Positions 35,547 through 46,128 of a stretch of DNA of 64,000 nt are shown piece after piece. Position 1 is the first letter of the stretch. Every line of letters begins with the position of its first letter. A program made the translations under genes and the position numbers. Under the pieces are notes generated by a model. The model ran no database searches. It had not been told where the DNA came from and saw only the letters and a program-made list of their open reading frames with translations. Origin of the DNA: an uncultured Oscillospiraceae bacterium (GTDB lineage: Bacteria > Bacillota > Clostridia > Oscillospirales > Acutalibacteraceae); contig URNB01000001.1 of assembly GCA_900549055.1 (NCBI GenBank), forward strand, positions 14,852 through 78,851, in the 5' to 3' direction.

Positions 35547-37055
35547 TTACCCTGCCAAATTTAACGCCCCGACTCCCGGCTTCTGATAAAGTCTTATATA
35601 ATCGACAAAATAATTAAAGGGAAGATCGCTGTTGTTCACACGGTTGCTTGCATTTGTCTCTCCTAAGTCCGGAGCATATATAAAGTTATTCAAAATAATA
35701 AGCAAAGGAGAATTAAAGCCGCCCATACCGCCGTTTTTATCGAAATCGTCGGTCATGTCAAAGGTCATGTAATCCTCGCCGTCAACCGACATTATCATTT
35801 TTTCGGGGGTCCACTCAAAGCCGTAGGTGTGGTATTCCTTCGATAAATTATCGGTATTTTTGAACACATAGTTTGTCGTTGTGGTTTTGTTATAGTGATT
35901 GCCGTTATACATTGTGTGCTTTCCGTTATGGAACCATTTATGTATGTTCGGTATTGCGGTGTCTGTGCTGCTGAAAATTTCAAAAACATCTATTTCAACA
36001 CCGTAATCGTGTTTAGTGCTTTCATCCTTCAGCGCGCCGCCGCTCACAAGCCAGAAGGACGGCCATGCCCCGACGCTGTACGGCACCATCGCCCGCATTT
36101 CAAGATAGCCGTATTTATAGCTCATGGTGTTCTGCGTGCATATTGATGAATTGGTGGCGTATTCCGCTGTCGGCAATGCGGGATTGTAATAGCGTATAGC
36201 CGTCATTTTGAGCAGACCGTTATTGACATTGACAACATTTGAATCCCTCATGAGCGGCATCATGCTTGTACCCGCCATCTTATTTTCAAAGCACCACTTA
36301 TTCATATTAAGGGCATTTCCGCCGAACTCATCGCCCCAGACATATTTGTAGTCGCTTTTAATCTGCGATTTGAAGCTTTTGCATTCACCGTTCAGCGTAT
36401 TAAGCTTTCCGCTTTCATAATTAAGGGATACGAACCACTCTGCGGCGGTTTCGGTCATCGCGGTGTGGCCGCCCTCTATATAAATTTTGTTATTTTTAAG
36501 GGATACGGCATATTTATTTTCCTTAAGCTCCGATTTGCGGCGGTTTGTATTGCCTATAAGTATTTCCTTCGCGCCGACAGCCGCACTGTCATCGGAAACG
36601 GTGAGCTTCTGCCCCGCCTTTTCCGAAAAATACGAGCGTATCTTCTCCGCCGCAGCTTTCATTTCGGCATTACCCTTCGGATATATAACGGTATAACCTG
36701 CAGGTCCGTTCCATTTTACGGCGCTTACGGTAATCTCGCTCTTTTCGTCCGCTTCGGAGCCTGACGAGGTGTTCTTTGTTGCGCGCGGGCGTTTTTCTCT
36801 TTCGGAGGTGCCGTCATCCTCTGTACTGCCGCTGTCGGAATTATTATCGTTGTCATAATAATAATTGTCATCCGAGCTGTCACTTGAAGAAGAATCGGTG
36901 CTTTCGTCGTTCTGCACAACGATTACCTTTTTAATGATCTTCTTCTTTTTCTTTTTTACTTCCTCACTGCTTCCGCAGCCGGCAACAAGCGCGGCGGCAA
37001 GCAGCAAAGAGCATACTGCCTTTATCAGTCGGTCAATTTTTTGGTATCGGAACAT
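35547..37055 (-). CDS. Lipoprotein-anchored GH16 glycoside hydrolase with a poly-Lys/acidic Ser-Asp-rich linker and a middle beta/alpha domain
   Basis: AGGGAG RBS 9 nt before ATG 37055; lipobox LLAAALVAGC; linker KKKKKKIIKK followed by Ser/Asp/Asn-rich tract; GH16 motif EIDVFE and KYGYLEMRAMVP. Confidence 0.8.
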   Translation of the reverse strand: MFRYQKIDRLIKAVCSLLLAAALVAGCGSSEEVKKKKKKIIKKVIVVQNDESTDSSSSDSSDDNYYYDNDNNSDSGSTEDDGTSEREKRPRATKNTSSGSEADEKSEITVSAVKWNGPAGYTVIYPKGNAEMKAAAEKIRSYFSEKAGQKLTVSDDSAAVGAKEILIGNTNRRKSELKENKYAVSLKNNKIYIEGGHTAMTETAAEWFVSLNYESGKLNTLNGECKSFKSQIKSDYKYVWGDEFGGNALNMNKWCFENKMAGTSMMPLMRDSNVVNVNNGLLKMTAIRYYNPALPTAEYATNSSICTQNTMSYKYGYLEMRAMVPYSVGAWPSFWLVSGGALKDESTKHDYGVEIDVFEIFSSTDTAIPNIHKWFHNGKHTMYNGNHYNKTTTTNYVFKNTDNLSKEYHTYGFEWTPEKMIMSVDGEDYMTFDMTDDFDKNGGMGGFNSPLLIILNNFIYAPDLGETNASNRVNNSDLPFNYFVDYIRLYQKPGVGALNLAG

Positions 37056-37284
37056 TACCGTCAACTCCCTGCTTTTTCGGATTTATGTTGTCATTCTGCC
37101 CAATTATTATAATCGATTGCCTTATTTTTTTAAATGCAATTTTTATTATAATTTGCACTTTTCTTCACTAATTTAACTTCCGAAAATTTTTCGGATTATA
37201 TTTTGGGGAAATATTTATTGATTTTTTTATTGAAATCTATTATAATTGAAGAATAAAATCAAGCCATTCCTGTGTTTTTTACCA

Positions 37285-37313
37285 TTGACAGGCTTATGGA
37301 ATAAAAATACAAT
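37285..37313 (+). promoter_or_regulatory. Sigma-A-type promoter for the second AraC regulator (-35 TTGACA, 17 nt, -10 TACAAT)
   Basis: Near-consensus hexamers with exact 17-nt spacing inside the AT-rich divergent intergenic region 37065-37337. Confidence 0.5.
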
Positions 37314-37346
37314 TTTGTAAAATGCTTCTTTGTACGGGTGGTTACA

Positions 37347-38171
37347 ATGATCTTCAATTCAAACGATTTCTATATAAATTCGCTTCAGCGCGTTCACTAC
37401 ATCGATACAAATATTTACACGAATAATTTTGTTGAGTACAGAACGCAGCTTTTGTTTGACGAGCTTATCTTTTTCTACCAAACCGAGGCGACGATTTATT
37501 TTGACAAAAGCGTATTTAACATCAGTCACGGCGATATTCTCTTCCTGCCCGCCGGCGAGCATGAAAAATACCGTATTGATTTTAATAAAAAGGGCTCGTT
37601 TATAGATATTTTCTTTACCACCAATTATTCGGGGAAGTATCAGCAGCAGCTTTTTAAAACCATGTTCGGAAATTCAATGTATCACGATTTTAACCAAATA
37701 CTTTCCACCTGGCAGAAAAATCAATCCGGCACATATACAAAATGTCTTTCCATTCTTTACAACATCATAAGCAATCTTCAAACCAATATATATACCACCT
37801 CCGATCAATTTAAAATAATTCAGCCCGCCGTAGACCTTATAGCGGAAACGCTGACAAACCGCAAAATAACCGTTGAGGATCTGGCGGTGCAGTGCGGAAT
37901 AAGCTATTCCTACTTTTTAAAGCTTTTTCAAAGCATTTTTCACGACACGCCAAAGAGCTATATTATAAAGCAAAAGATCAATTACAGCTGCGAGCTTTTG
38001 TCCCAAGGCAAAAAAATAACCGAGGTGTCCGAGGAATTGGGCTTTTCCGATATTTACTTTTTCAGCCGTCAGTTTAAAAAATTCATGAAGGTCTCTCCGT
38101 CCGAATTCAAAAACAAAATGCAGCAAAATAACAACTGGTTCAATCATGTTAACGATTTTGAAAAATCATAA
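37347..38171 (+). CDS. AraC family transcriptional regulator
   Basis: GGGTGG RBS 5 nt before ATG 37347; C-terminal AraC HTH (ISYSYFLKLFQSIFHDTPKSYIIKQKINYSCELL). Confidence 0.85.
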   Translation: MIFNSNDFYINSLQRVHYIDTNIYTNNFVEYRTQLLFDELIFFYQTEATIYFDKSVFNISHGDILFLPAGEHEKYRIDFNKKGSFIDIFFTTNYSGKYQQQLFKTMFGNSMYHDFNQILSTWQKNQSGTYTKCLSILYNIISNLQTNIYTTSDQFKIIQPAVDLIAETLTNRKITVEDLAVQCGISYSYFLKLFQSIFHDTPKSYIIKQKINYSCELLSQGKKITEVSEELGFSDIYFFSRQFKKFMKVSPSEFKNKMQQNNNWFNHVNDFEKS

Positions 38172-38212
38172 AAAGCATCCGCGCCGACATTCCGCAGTCG
38201 GCACGGATGCTT

Positions 38213-39904
38213 TTATTCAATGCTTATTAACCTTTCGGGGAAATCATCATCACGGTTATTATGTATTTTCGTATTGCGGCAGTTTACAAGCCTTATATCA
38301 AAGCCCTGCTTTTGAGCGGTCTTATCCCGCTCAAACACATTGTCCTCAATGCGAACGCTGTCGGCTGCCGAGACAAATATTCCGCAGCCGCAAAAGTCTT
38401 TAAAGCGGTTATTATGTATTAAAATATTTTTATGAACTCCCGCAGGGTATTCGCCGCTTTCCCCGTCATGCGACGCCTTGAATGAGACCGCCCCGTCCGG
38501 CATTGTATCGGAGGCATGTGAGCAATGCTCGAAAATGTTATTGCGTATTTCAACATTTTCGGCAGGCGCAACCTCCCACCAGCGTTTAATATCGGGAGAA
38601 AAAAGCAGCCCGGCATATGAAATTCCGTAAATATAGCTGTTTTCAATCAAAACATTCTGCGTTTGTATCAGCGCACCGCGCGCTCTGGTACTCCGCAGGG
38701 TGCAGCAGTCAATATGCACCGCCGCAAAAAATGCCTTGTTGGCAAGCACACACCCCTGTTTGACTGTTCCGCTCATATCCTCCGTCTCGAAAATTCCGTT
38801 CGGTAAGACGCTTTTTACCGTAAACTCCGCCGTTTGCAAAAAACTTTTCCTGTCATACACAGCTATTCTGTCTCCGGGCTGTGCCCATGTGCACTCGCAT
38901 ATGGCTTTTTTAGGTCTGCCCTCCATTCCGTCGGCAGTAATTGTCTTGCCGCCGTTTTCGGTTTTCACAACCTCAAGCGCCAGACCGTGAATATTTAGCG
39001 TATCGTCCCCCATTGCCTCCAAATTGCAGTTTTTAAGCACAAGCCTTCCCATAAGCCCCAATATATGTATGCCGTCGGCGTTTATCGCCATAAGGCGCTT
39101 CGAGCCCTTATTTACACGAACGGAAAAATTATCGAATGTAAAATCCGATGATCGCGGCTCCACAGTAACCGCGAAGCTTGCGGCAGAGTATACCGTTATA
39201 TTCTTTAAAGTAACCCTGCTGCAAAAATAAAACGACAGTAAGGAATGACCGTATATTTCATACCGTATATTGATCTTGTGCCCTATTTTAAGCCTGCAAG
39301 CCTCCTTTTCGGGAAGAATGCCGTCAAGCTTCAGTCTGATAATACGGTCGCTTACAACCTCATAATTAAGACCCTCATAGCGCTTTGATACCGTACCGTC
39401 CGGCAATGTGAAGCTGCGCTCCTCAATATAATCGTTATAGGTCGCAAGTGCATAATCGGGTGATCCCTTTATATCAAAGCTGTTAGTTCCGCAAATATGC
39501 TCATATCCGGTAACGGGAAATTCATCATATATCTTCACATCAACGGTTTTATTCTTGAAATCAATAGCGGTAACCTCACCGGCGGCGCCTATCGGAGAAT
39601 CGGTGTCAAAGAAAAATCCCGTTATTTCAATATCGCGGCAATCTGTGAATTCAAACGCCTCGTTAGTGGCGGATTTCGGGCCGCACGCGTCAAAATGCGT
39701 TACTATTTCCGAAAAATTCCCGAATATTTTTATATCGCTTTTACCCTTCACGGTTATAAGCCCTGAAAGATAATAGCTGCCGGTTTTAAAAACGACGCAT
39801 GAGCCGTCGGTAATACTGTCAAATAAAGCCTGAAGCTCCCCTGCGCAATCTCCCGCACAGGGTAATACTCCGTAATCTGCCGCATAATAAATTCTGCTTT
39901 TCAT
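38213..39904 (-). CDS. Right-handed parallel beta-helix (pectin-lyase-fold) protein, putative intracellular glycoside hydrolase or lyase
   Basis: GGAGG RBS; no signal peptide; PbH1-like repeats (IHNNRFKDFCGCGIFVSAADSVRIEDNVFE). Confidence 0.55.
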   Translation of the reverse strand: MKSRIYYAADYGVLPCAGDCAGELQALFDSITDGSCVVFKTGSYYLSGLITVKGKSDIKIFGNFSEIVTHFDACGPKSATNEAFEFTDCRDIEITGFFFDTDSPIGAAGEVTAIDFKNKTVDVKIYDEFPVTGYEHICGTNSFDIKGSPDYALATYNDYIEERSFTLPDGTVSKRYEGLNYEVVSDRIIRLKLDGILPEKEACRLKIGHKINIRYEIYGHSLLSFYFCSRVTLKNITVYSAASFAVTVEPRSSDFTFDNFSVRVNKGSKRLMAINADGIHILGLMGRLVLKNCNLEAMGDDTLNIHGLALEVVKTENGGKTITADGMEGRPKKAICECTWAQPGDRIAVYDRKSFLQTAEFTVKSVLPNGIFETEDMSGTVKQGCVLANKAFFAAVHIDCCTLRSTRARGALIQTQNVLIENSYIYGISYAGLLFSPDIKRWWEVAPAENVEIRNNIFEHCSHASDTMPDGAVSFKASHDGESGEYPAGVHKNILIHNNRFKDFCGCGIFVSAADSVRIEDNVFERDKTAQKQGFDIRLVNCRNTKIHNNRDDDFPERLISIE

Positions 39905-39967
39905 TTTTCCTCCAAACGGTTAGGCGGGTACGTATCACATAGGCAACAACATCTATGCCTGTTCTAA

Positions 39968-40229
39968 TTAATGCCTGCTGAACAATTCAAAAGTACCTTA
40001 ACCCGAGCATGTCGGTGTAAACTTTTGAATTGTTCAGGTGCAAGGTTTTTGCGCAATTTTGCGAAAAAACCTTGCACTTTAAAAAGAATCACATTTTGAT
40101 TCTTTTTAAAATCAGGCGACAATCAATGGATACTGACGGTCAAAACAAAGGTTTTGACCCATAAAATCGAGATTTTAACTCGATTTTATATAATTGCATT
40201 TGCTAATGCAATTATTCAGTAGACATTAA
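39968..40229 (+). mobile_element. MITE-like ~260-bp multi-hairpin repeat, copy 2
   Basis: Near-identical to copy 3 and to the reverse complement of copy 1; TIRs TTAATGCCTGCTGAA / TTCAGTAGACATTAA; 16-bp perfect stem CTGAACAATTCAAAAG...CTTTTGAATTGTTCAG plus five further hairpins. Confidence 0.7.
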
Positions 40230-40396
40230 TTATCAGTATACAGCTTTTCCCCGCTTTTGCAAATGGAGTTTTTATATTTTTTTGCACTTTTCTGCGCTGT
40301 ATTTATAAAAAACCGAATATCCCGCAGGTCTGCCGTTTGCGGAATATTCGGTATACCTAAACCGTATTTATTTTAAATCGGAATCAAAGCCGACTC

Positions 40397-41137
40397 TTAA
40401 TTCTTTTTGCCGCTCTTTATCGCTTCCAGCGTTTTTTCGGCATTGGTATGCGCATCGGAAGAGCCTTTTTTGCTTTCAAGGACGGTATCCGACACACGGC
40501 GGCAGGCAATGCGCAGTCCCTCGGGCAGCTTACCGTAGCTGTCGGTTTCGGTTGCCTTGTAGAATTCCTCTCCGAGCATAAACGGCTCACCATCAAAAAG
40601 CCCATCTCCATTCGACAGATCAGCAAGATATTTATATGAATCCTCATCCGTTATAAACAGCATCGCATTTTGATCACCGGCTATCATCGCCTGAAGCTTG
40701 GTCATCATGGTGTAGCGGTACTGCGTATCGCCCGACTTTCCGTTAAAGCTGCAGTTGACAACCTGAATATTTATTTCGCCGTCGCCGTTCACATCCTCGG
40801 CATACCCGGCAATATATTTTGCCACCGCGTTCGTCTGCTCGTCAAGCGCCGCGGTATAGGTAAAATACACAACCTCCATATCGTATTTTGTTCTTGTGGC
40901 GCACTGGGTTATCAGCACCGCCAGCACAACGGTAACAGCCGTTATCGCAACAACATACCATTTATACTGAAACCAAAAATTATCCCATTTTTCCTTCGGT
41001 GTTTTCGGAACTATAGCAACCTCGCTCGGCTTCGGCGGAGCTTCCATTTCCCCGCTCTGCATTTTTTTAAGCTCCAAAAATTCCTGACGCGCGCGGCGCT
41101 GCTCCTCAAGAATCTCGTTTGTTTCTTTCTCGGACAT
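40397..41137 (-). CDS. Hypothetical single-pass membrane protein with an extracytoplasmic domain
   Basis: GAGGAG RBS before ATG 41137 (ORF-track start 41200 has no RBS); one TM helix (WYVVAITAVTVVLAVLI). Confidence 0.5.
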   Translation of the reverse strand: MSEKETNEILEEQRRARQEFLELKKMQSGEMEAPPKPSEVAIVPKTPKEKWDNFWFQYKWYVVAITAVTVVLAVLITQCATRTKYDMEVVYFTYTAALDEQTNAVAKYIAGYAEDVNGDGEINIQVVNCSFNGKSGDTQYRYTMMTKLQAMIAGDQNAMLFITDEDSYKYLADLSNGDGLFDGEPFMLGEEFYKATETDSYGKLPEGLRIACRRVSDTVLESKKGSSDAHTNAEKTLEAIKSGKKN

Positions 41138-41267
41138 TTCCCCGTCTCCTCGGATTACACTTAATAATACAAATATAACATTTTCAGTCCGCTTTTTCAA
41201 GACGAAATTGTGAACAATTTAATAACAAAATCCCGTAGGGCGGAATATACTGTCCCGACGGGATTTT

Positions 41268-41732
41268 TTAGTTTGATTTGAATATCCAAAGCTTGCTGAA
41301 AACATAGTTCAGAAGCACAACGATTACCTGCGCCGCAAGCTTCACGGCAAGGCTGTTGAAGTGAAGCCATGTTACGAATACCAAAATTATAAGCTCTTCA
41401 ATCGCAAGCGTCGCCGCTCTGCCGCCGAAGAAATTGATTATTTCCTTTATAACGGCGCCCCTCGTATCCGCCGTGCTGCGGAACACCCATATTCTGCTTG
41501 TGATATACGCCGTAAGCACCGCCAATATCCATGAAATCACATTTGAAATAAGCGCGTCGATTCCGAAAACGGCGCAGGCAAGCTGATATGAGCCGATGCT
41601 CACAACCGTCACCACACCGCCGAAGAAGAGATACAGCAGCACTTCCTTATGCCTTTTGTAAAACGGCTCAATTTTTTTAAACAGCGGCAGACGCATAATT
41701 TTATCGAAAACATCCTCCCGGCTTCCGCTCAT
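41268..41732 (-). CDS. GtrA-family polysaccharide-synthesis membrane protein
   Basis: AAAAGGA RBS; four TM helices; GtrA-like pattern ...SWILAVLTAYITSRIWVF... Confidence 0.6.
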   Translation of the reverse strand: MSGSREDVFDKIMRLPLFKKIEPFYKRHKEVLLYLFFGGVVTVVSIGSYQLACAVFGIDALISNVISWILAVLTAYITSRIWVFRSTADTRGAVIKEIINFFGGRAATLAIEELIILVFVTWLHFNSLAVKLAAQVIVVLLNYVFSKLWIFKSN

Positions 41733-41749
41733 TTTATCAAGTCCTTTTA

Positions 41750-41790
41750 TAAGAAAAATCCGGCGCCCTCCGGAAAACGGAGAGCGCCGG
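41750..41790 (-). terminator. Rho-independent terminator of gap
   Basis: On the minus strand, stem CCGGCGCTCTCCG / CGGAGGGCGCCGG followed by ATTTTTCTT. Confidence 0.5.
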
Positions 41791-41807
41791 AGCGGAGATT
41801 TTTATTA

Positions 41808-42818
41808 TCAGATCTCTGCGAAATATTTAATGGTACGAACCATCTGGCTGGTGTAGCTATTTTCATTGTCATACCAGGAAACAACCTGTACCTGATAGGT
41901 ATCGTCGTCGATCTTGGTAACCATTGTCTGGGTAGCGTCAAACAGCGAACCGTAGGTGATGCCGATAATATCGGAAGATACGAGCGGCTCCTCGGTGTAG
42001 CCGAAGGAAGCTGAAGAAGCAGCCTTCATAGCGGCGTTGATGCCCTCAACAGTTACATCCTTGCCCTTAACAACAGCAACGAGGATGGTGGTAGAGCCGG
42101 TCGGAACCGGAACACGCTGAGCAGAACCGATGAGCTTACCGTTAAGCTCCGGAATTACAAGACCGATAGCCTTTGCAGCGCCGGTTGAATTCGGAACGAT
42201 ATTAACGGCAGCGGCGCGTGCACGGCGAAGGTCGCCCTTTCTGTGCGGGCCGTCAAGAACCATCTGATCGCCGGTGAAGGCATGAACGGTGGTCATGATA
42301 CCGCTCTGAATCGGAGCATACTTATTAAGAGTATCAGCCATCGGAGCCAGGCAGTTGGTGGTGCAGGAAGCAGCGGAGATAATCTTGTCGTTTGCGTCAA
42401 GAGTCTTCTCGTTAACGCTGTAAACGATGGTCTTAAGATCCTTACCTGCCGGAGCGGAAATAACAACCTTTTTAGCGCCTGCGTCGATATGAGCCTGAGC
42501 CTTGTCCTTCGAGGTGTAGAAGCCGGTGCACTCAAGAACTACATCAACACCGATTTCACCCCACGGAAGATCCGCAGCGTTCTTTTCAGCATAAATCTTT
42601 ATGGTCTTGCCGTCAACAGTGATGCTGTCTTCCCCTGCGGAAACCTTGTCAGCCAGAGCATAGCGACCCTGTGCGGAATCGTACTTGAGAAGGTGAGCGA
42701 GCATAGCCGGGCTTGTAAGATCGTTTATAGCAACAACCTCATAGCCTTCTGCGCCGAACATCTGACGGAAAGCGAGACGGCCTATACGGCCGAAACCATT
42801 AATAGCAACTTTTACCAT
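41808..42818 (-). CDS. gap: Glyceraldehyde-3-phosphate dehydrogenase (type I)
   Basis: [15 protein letters not shown]-terminus, catalytic SCTTNCLAP, length 336 aa. Confidence 0.95.
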   Translation of the reverse strand: MVKVAINGFGRIGRLAFRQMFGAEGYEVVAINDLTSPAMLAHLLKYDSAQGRYALADKVSAGEDSITVDGKTIKIYAEKNAADLPWGEIGVDVVLECTGFYTSKDKAQAHIDAGAKKVVISAPAGKDLKTIVYSVNEKTLDANDKIISAASCTTNCLAPMADTLNKYAPIQSGIMTTVHAFTGDQMVLDGPHRKGDLRRARAAAVNIVPNSTGAAKAIGLVIPELNGKLIGSAQRVPVPTGSTTILVAVVKGKDVTVEGINAAMKAASSASFGYTEEPLVSSDIIGITYGSLFDATQTMVTKIDDDTYQVQVVSWYDNENSYTSQMVRTIKYFAEI

Positions 42819-42957
42819 TGGAAAAACCTCCTTAATAATTTACATTTTCTATTTTAACCCATTTGACAAGCTTTTTCAAGCTATTTGTTTAATATTTAAC
42901 AATTTTTTTATTTTTTATATATTTTGGCATAATAACCTCATATGCGGAGGTTGCAAT

Positions 42958-43542
42958 ATGATATATTTGTCAAAGCTGCGCGAGCGGTATTTAGCTGCGC
43001 TGCGGCTTCACATTCAAAGAGGAATTCTGCGCGGGCGGAACACGGAAAAGCTGCTTTTACAGCTTAAAAAAATCATGCTGTGTGAGGCGATGAGCTCAGA
43101 GGGTGAAAACTCGCCGCTTGATATTTTAAAATACGCCGATTCGCTTTTGGGCGCTGCAATCATTATACTGCTGCAAAGGGGCAAACGGTTATCAGTCGGG
43201 CTGTCGGGCGGCGGAGTTTTTCTTATAAACCGAAAGGCATTAACCGCACTTTTACTGCTTTCGGCGGATAATTGCACAGAGGACGGCAGTATTTTAATAT
43301 CCGCCGATAAAAATACAGTTACTATTCACCTTGCGGGTATTGTGCTTTACAATACGCAAAAGCTGCTGATAAGAAGGCTCGGCGGCACATTTTACAAAGT
43401 CGTTTGCGAAGACAAAGCAATTATTACTTTCCCCGCCGAAGAAACCGATGAAAAACCGACGGCACTTCAAAACGAGTGGGAGCTTTTGTCGGATAAATTT
43501 TCGGCGGTAAACATTTTTTTAATGCGGAATTCGGAATGCTGA
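42958..43542 (+). CDS. Hypothetical protein (194 aa)
   Basis: GGAGG RBS 7 nt before ATG; no recognisable family. Confidence 0.45.
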   Translation: MIYLSKLRERYLAALRLHIQRGILRGRNTEKLLLQLKKIMLCEAMSSEGENSPLDILKYADSLLGAAIIILLQRGKRLSVGLSGGGVFLINRKALTALLLLSADNCTEDGSILISADKNTVTIHLAGIVLYNTQKLLIRRLGGTFYKVVCEDKAIITFPAEETDEKPTALQNEWELLSDKFSAVNIFLMRNSEC

Positions 43543-43815
43543 ATTCGGAATTCAAAGACAGATTTTATTTTAAAATTTATATGCGCTTAATTTATGTATT
43601 TAACTCTTAAGGCGATTTTCGCCTTTCGCGCCATTCATTGCTTTGCTTTTTTGTACTGTACCTTGGACTTTACACATAATTTGAAGAAGAACCTTGATTT
43701 CCGCACCTTGAAATCTATATTCTATGTGTATTTATCCTCTTTTTTTCGGTTGTTTTTTACAGCCCCTACACATCATTTTTGCCTGCAGGGGTATTTTAAA
43801 GTTAAATGCCTTTTA

Positions 43816-44946
43816 TTATATTCTCGTCGACAGTATTTCTTCCTTTTCGCGCTTAAACTCGGCAAAGCAGCCATTATCAAGCGCGTTTCTTATATCCTCC
43901 ATAAGGTGATTGTAAAACCACAGATTGTGCATAACCGTAAGCCTTTGCGAAAGCATTTCCTGGCTTTTAAGCAGGTGCCTGATATACGCCCTGCTGTACC
44001 TTTGGCAAACGGGGCAGCCGCAGTTTTCGTCTATCGGGGACATATCGTACTCGTACTTTTTATTGTTAAGATTTATAATTCCCTTTGAAGTAAACAAATG
44101 CCCGTGGCGCGCGTTGCGGCTCGGCATTACGCAGTCAAACAAATCGACCCCGCGTTCAACGGCGTTGAGTATATTCGCGGGAGTTCCCACACCCATTAAG
44201 TAACGTATTTTATTTTGCGGCATATGCGGCGTTACATTATCAATTATATCATACATAACCTCGGTAGGCTCGCCCACGGCAAGCCCGCCTATTGCGTAGC
44301 CATCAAGCTCTAATTCGGCTATTTTTTTCATATGCTCGACCCGCAGATCGGTGTAGGTACAGCCCTGATTTATTCCGAAAAGCATTTGCTCGGGGTTCAC
44401 CGTTCCCGGCATTGCGTTCAGCTCTGCCATTTTCTTTTTGCAGCGCGCAAGCCAGCGCGCGGTGCGCTCACAGGAGGCCTTGGAGTATGAATACTCGGCG
44501 GGGTTTTCCACACATTCGTCAAACGCCATTGCGATTGTAGAACCCAAGTTTGACTGTATTGTCATGCTTTCCTCGGGTCCCATAAATATCCGTCTGCCAT
44601 CCACATGCGAGGCAAAGGTAACGCCCTCCTCGGTTATATGGCGGAGGGTCGCCAGCGAAAACACCTGAAAGCCGCCCGAATCGGTCAGAATAGGCCCATC
44701 CCAGGTTGTAAACTTATGAAGGCCGCCGCAGCCGCGTATGACCTCATCGCCCGGGCGGACATGCAAATGGTAGGTATTTGAAAGCATTATTTGGCAGCCG
44801 AGAGTTTTTAAGTCCTCTGCGGAAACCGCTCCCTTTATTGCCGCAGCTGTTGCCACATTCATAAATGCGGGGGTTTGAACGGTTCCCCTGTTGGTTGTAA
44901 ATTCGGCGCGTCGCGCGCTGCCCTCTTGTTTTAAAAGCTTGTACAT
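43816..44946 (-). CDS. tgt: Queuine tRNA-ribosyltransferase
   Basis: AAGGAA RBS; LTDSGGFQVFSL and Zn site CGCPVCQRYSRAYIRHL. Confidence 0.95.
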   Translation of the reverse strand: MYKLLKQEGSARRAEFTTNRGTVQTPAFMNVATAAAIKGAVSAEDLKTLGCQIMLSNTYHLHVRPGDEVIRGCGGLHKFTTWDGPILTDSGGFQVFSLATLRHITEEGVTFASHVDGRRIFMGPEESMTIQSNLGSTIAMAFDECVENPAEYSYSKASCERTARWLARCKKKMAELNAMPGTVNPEQMLFGINQGCTYTDLRVEHMKKIAELELDGYAIGGLAVGEPTEVMYDIIDNVTPHMPQNKIRYLMGVGTPANILNAVERGVDLFDCVMPSRNARHGHLFTSKGIINLNNKKYEYDMSPIDENCGCPVCQRYSRAYIRHLLKSQEMLSQRLTVMHNLWFYNHLMEDIRNALDNGCFAEFKREKEEILSTRI

Positions 44947-44961
44947 AAATTAATTCCTTAT

Positions 44962-45984
44962 CTATAAAATCAGCATTGCGTCGCCGAAGCTGAAAAAGCG
45001 GTATTTTTCTTTAACGGCAATATTGTAGGCGTTCATCACATTATCGTATCCCGCAAAGGCGGAAACCAGCATTATAAGCGTGCTTTCGGGCAGGTGAAAA
45101 TTGGTTATAAGCCCATCCATACACTTAAATTCAAAGCCCGGGTAAATAAAAATATCGGTGTCTCCCGAGCATTCCTTTATTTCGCCGCATTTCTTCGCGC
45201 AGCTTTCAACCGTGCGGCATGAGGTAGTGCCTACGCATATGACGCGCCCGCCGTTTTTGCGGGTCTCGTTTATGGTTTTCGCCGCTTCTTCGGGTATGTA
45301 ATAATGCTCGGTGTGCATTTTGTGCTGCGTTACGTCCTCCACCTTAACCGGTCTGAAGGTGCCGAGCCCCACATGCAGCGTAACATAGGCTATATTTACG
45401 CCCATAGCCTTAATGCTTTCAAGCATTTCCTTTGTAAAGTGCAGACCCGCGGTAGGCGCGGCGGCAGAGCCTGCGTCCTTTGAATATACCGTCTGGTAGC
45501 GCTCTTTATCCTTTAGCTTTTCCTTTATATACGGCGGCAGGGGCATTTGCCCCACCTCATCAAGCACCGCGAAAAAATCGCCCTCGCAGGCAAATTCTAT
45601 CATGCGGTTGCCGTCCTCCAAAACGTCGGTCACGATTGCTGTCAGCTTATCGGAAAATTTGAATTTATACCCCGTTTTAGCCTTTTTGCCGGGGCCCGCA
45701 AGGCACTCCCAGAGCTTATTGCCGTGCTGCCGCAAAAGCACAAATTCAACTACCGCGCCCGTGTCCTCCCGCGTGCCGTAAAGCCGCGCCGGTAAAACGC
45801 GGGTGTTATTAAGCACAAGGCAGTCGCCGGGCTTTAAAAATTCGGGCAGATCGTAAAAATGCTTATGCTCTATTTTCCCGCCGTTTCGCGGCAGCACCAT
45901 AAGCCTTGAAGAATTTCTCGGCTCAACGGGCGTTTGCGCTATAAGCTCCTCGGGCAGGTCGTAATAAAAATCACTTGTTTTCAT
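44962..45984 (-). CDS. queA: S-adenosylmethionine:tRNA ribosyltransferase-isomerase
   Basis: [19 protein letters not shown]-terminus; start set at the internal ATG (MKTSDFYY) rather than the long ORF-track start. Confidence 0.9.
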   Translation of the reverse strand: MKTSDFYYDLPEELIAQTPVEPRNSSRLMVLPRNGGKIEHKHFYDLPEFLKPGDCLVLNNTRVLPARLYGTREDTGAVVEFVLLRQHGNKLWECLAGPGKKAKTGYKFKFSDKLTAIVTDVLEDGNRMIEFACEGDFFAVLDEVGQMPLPPYIKEKLKDKERYQTVYSKDAGSAAAPTAGLHFTKEMLESIKAMGVNIAYVTLHVGLGTFRPVKVEDVTQHKMHTEHYYIPEEAAKTINETRKNGGRVICVGTTSCRTVESCAKKCGEIKECSGDTDIFIYPGFEFKCMDGLITNFHLPESTLIMLVSAFAGYDNVMNAYNIAVKEKYRFFSFGDAMLIL

Positions 45985-46128
45985 AAAATAATCCACAACT
46001 TCTTTGATATTTCGGCATAAAATAAATTGACAAACATTATCCGTAATGTTATAGTTAATTATATTGCATAGGGCAATATAATTCAAGATTGAATTTTAAA
46101 AATGTCTTCAGAAGGAATGTGTTTTCAA

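Noticed and set aside
43594-44088. 164-aa plus-strand ORF downstream of the 42958 gene
   Set aside because: It mostly overlaps tgt on the opposite strand. It is AT-rich and low-complexity with no RBS, so it is intergenic or antisense noise.
46087-46128. Lysine riboswitch (L-box) upstream of asd-dapA-dapB
   Set aside because: The intergenic space between queA and asd is only ~144 nt and is shared by divergent promoters. That is too short for the ~180-nt L-box, and no conserved L-box helices were seen.
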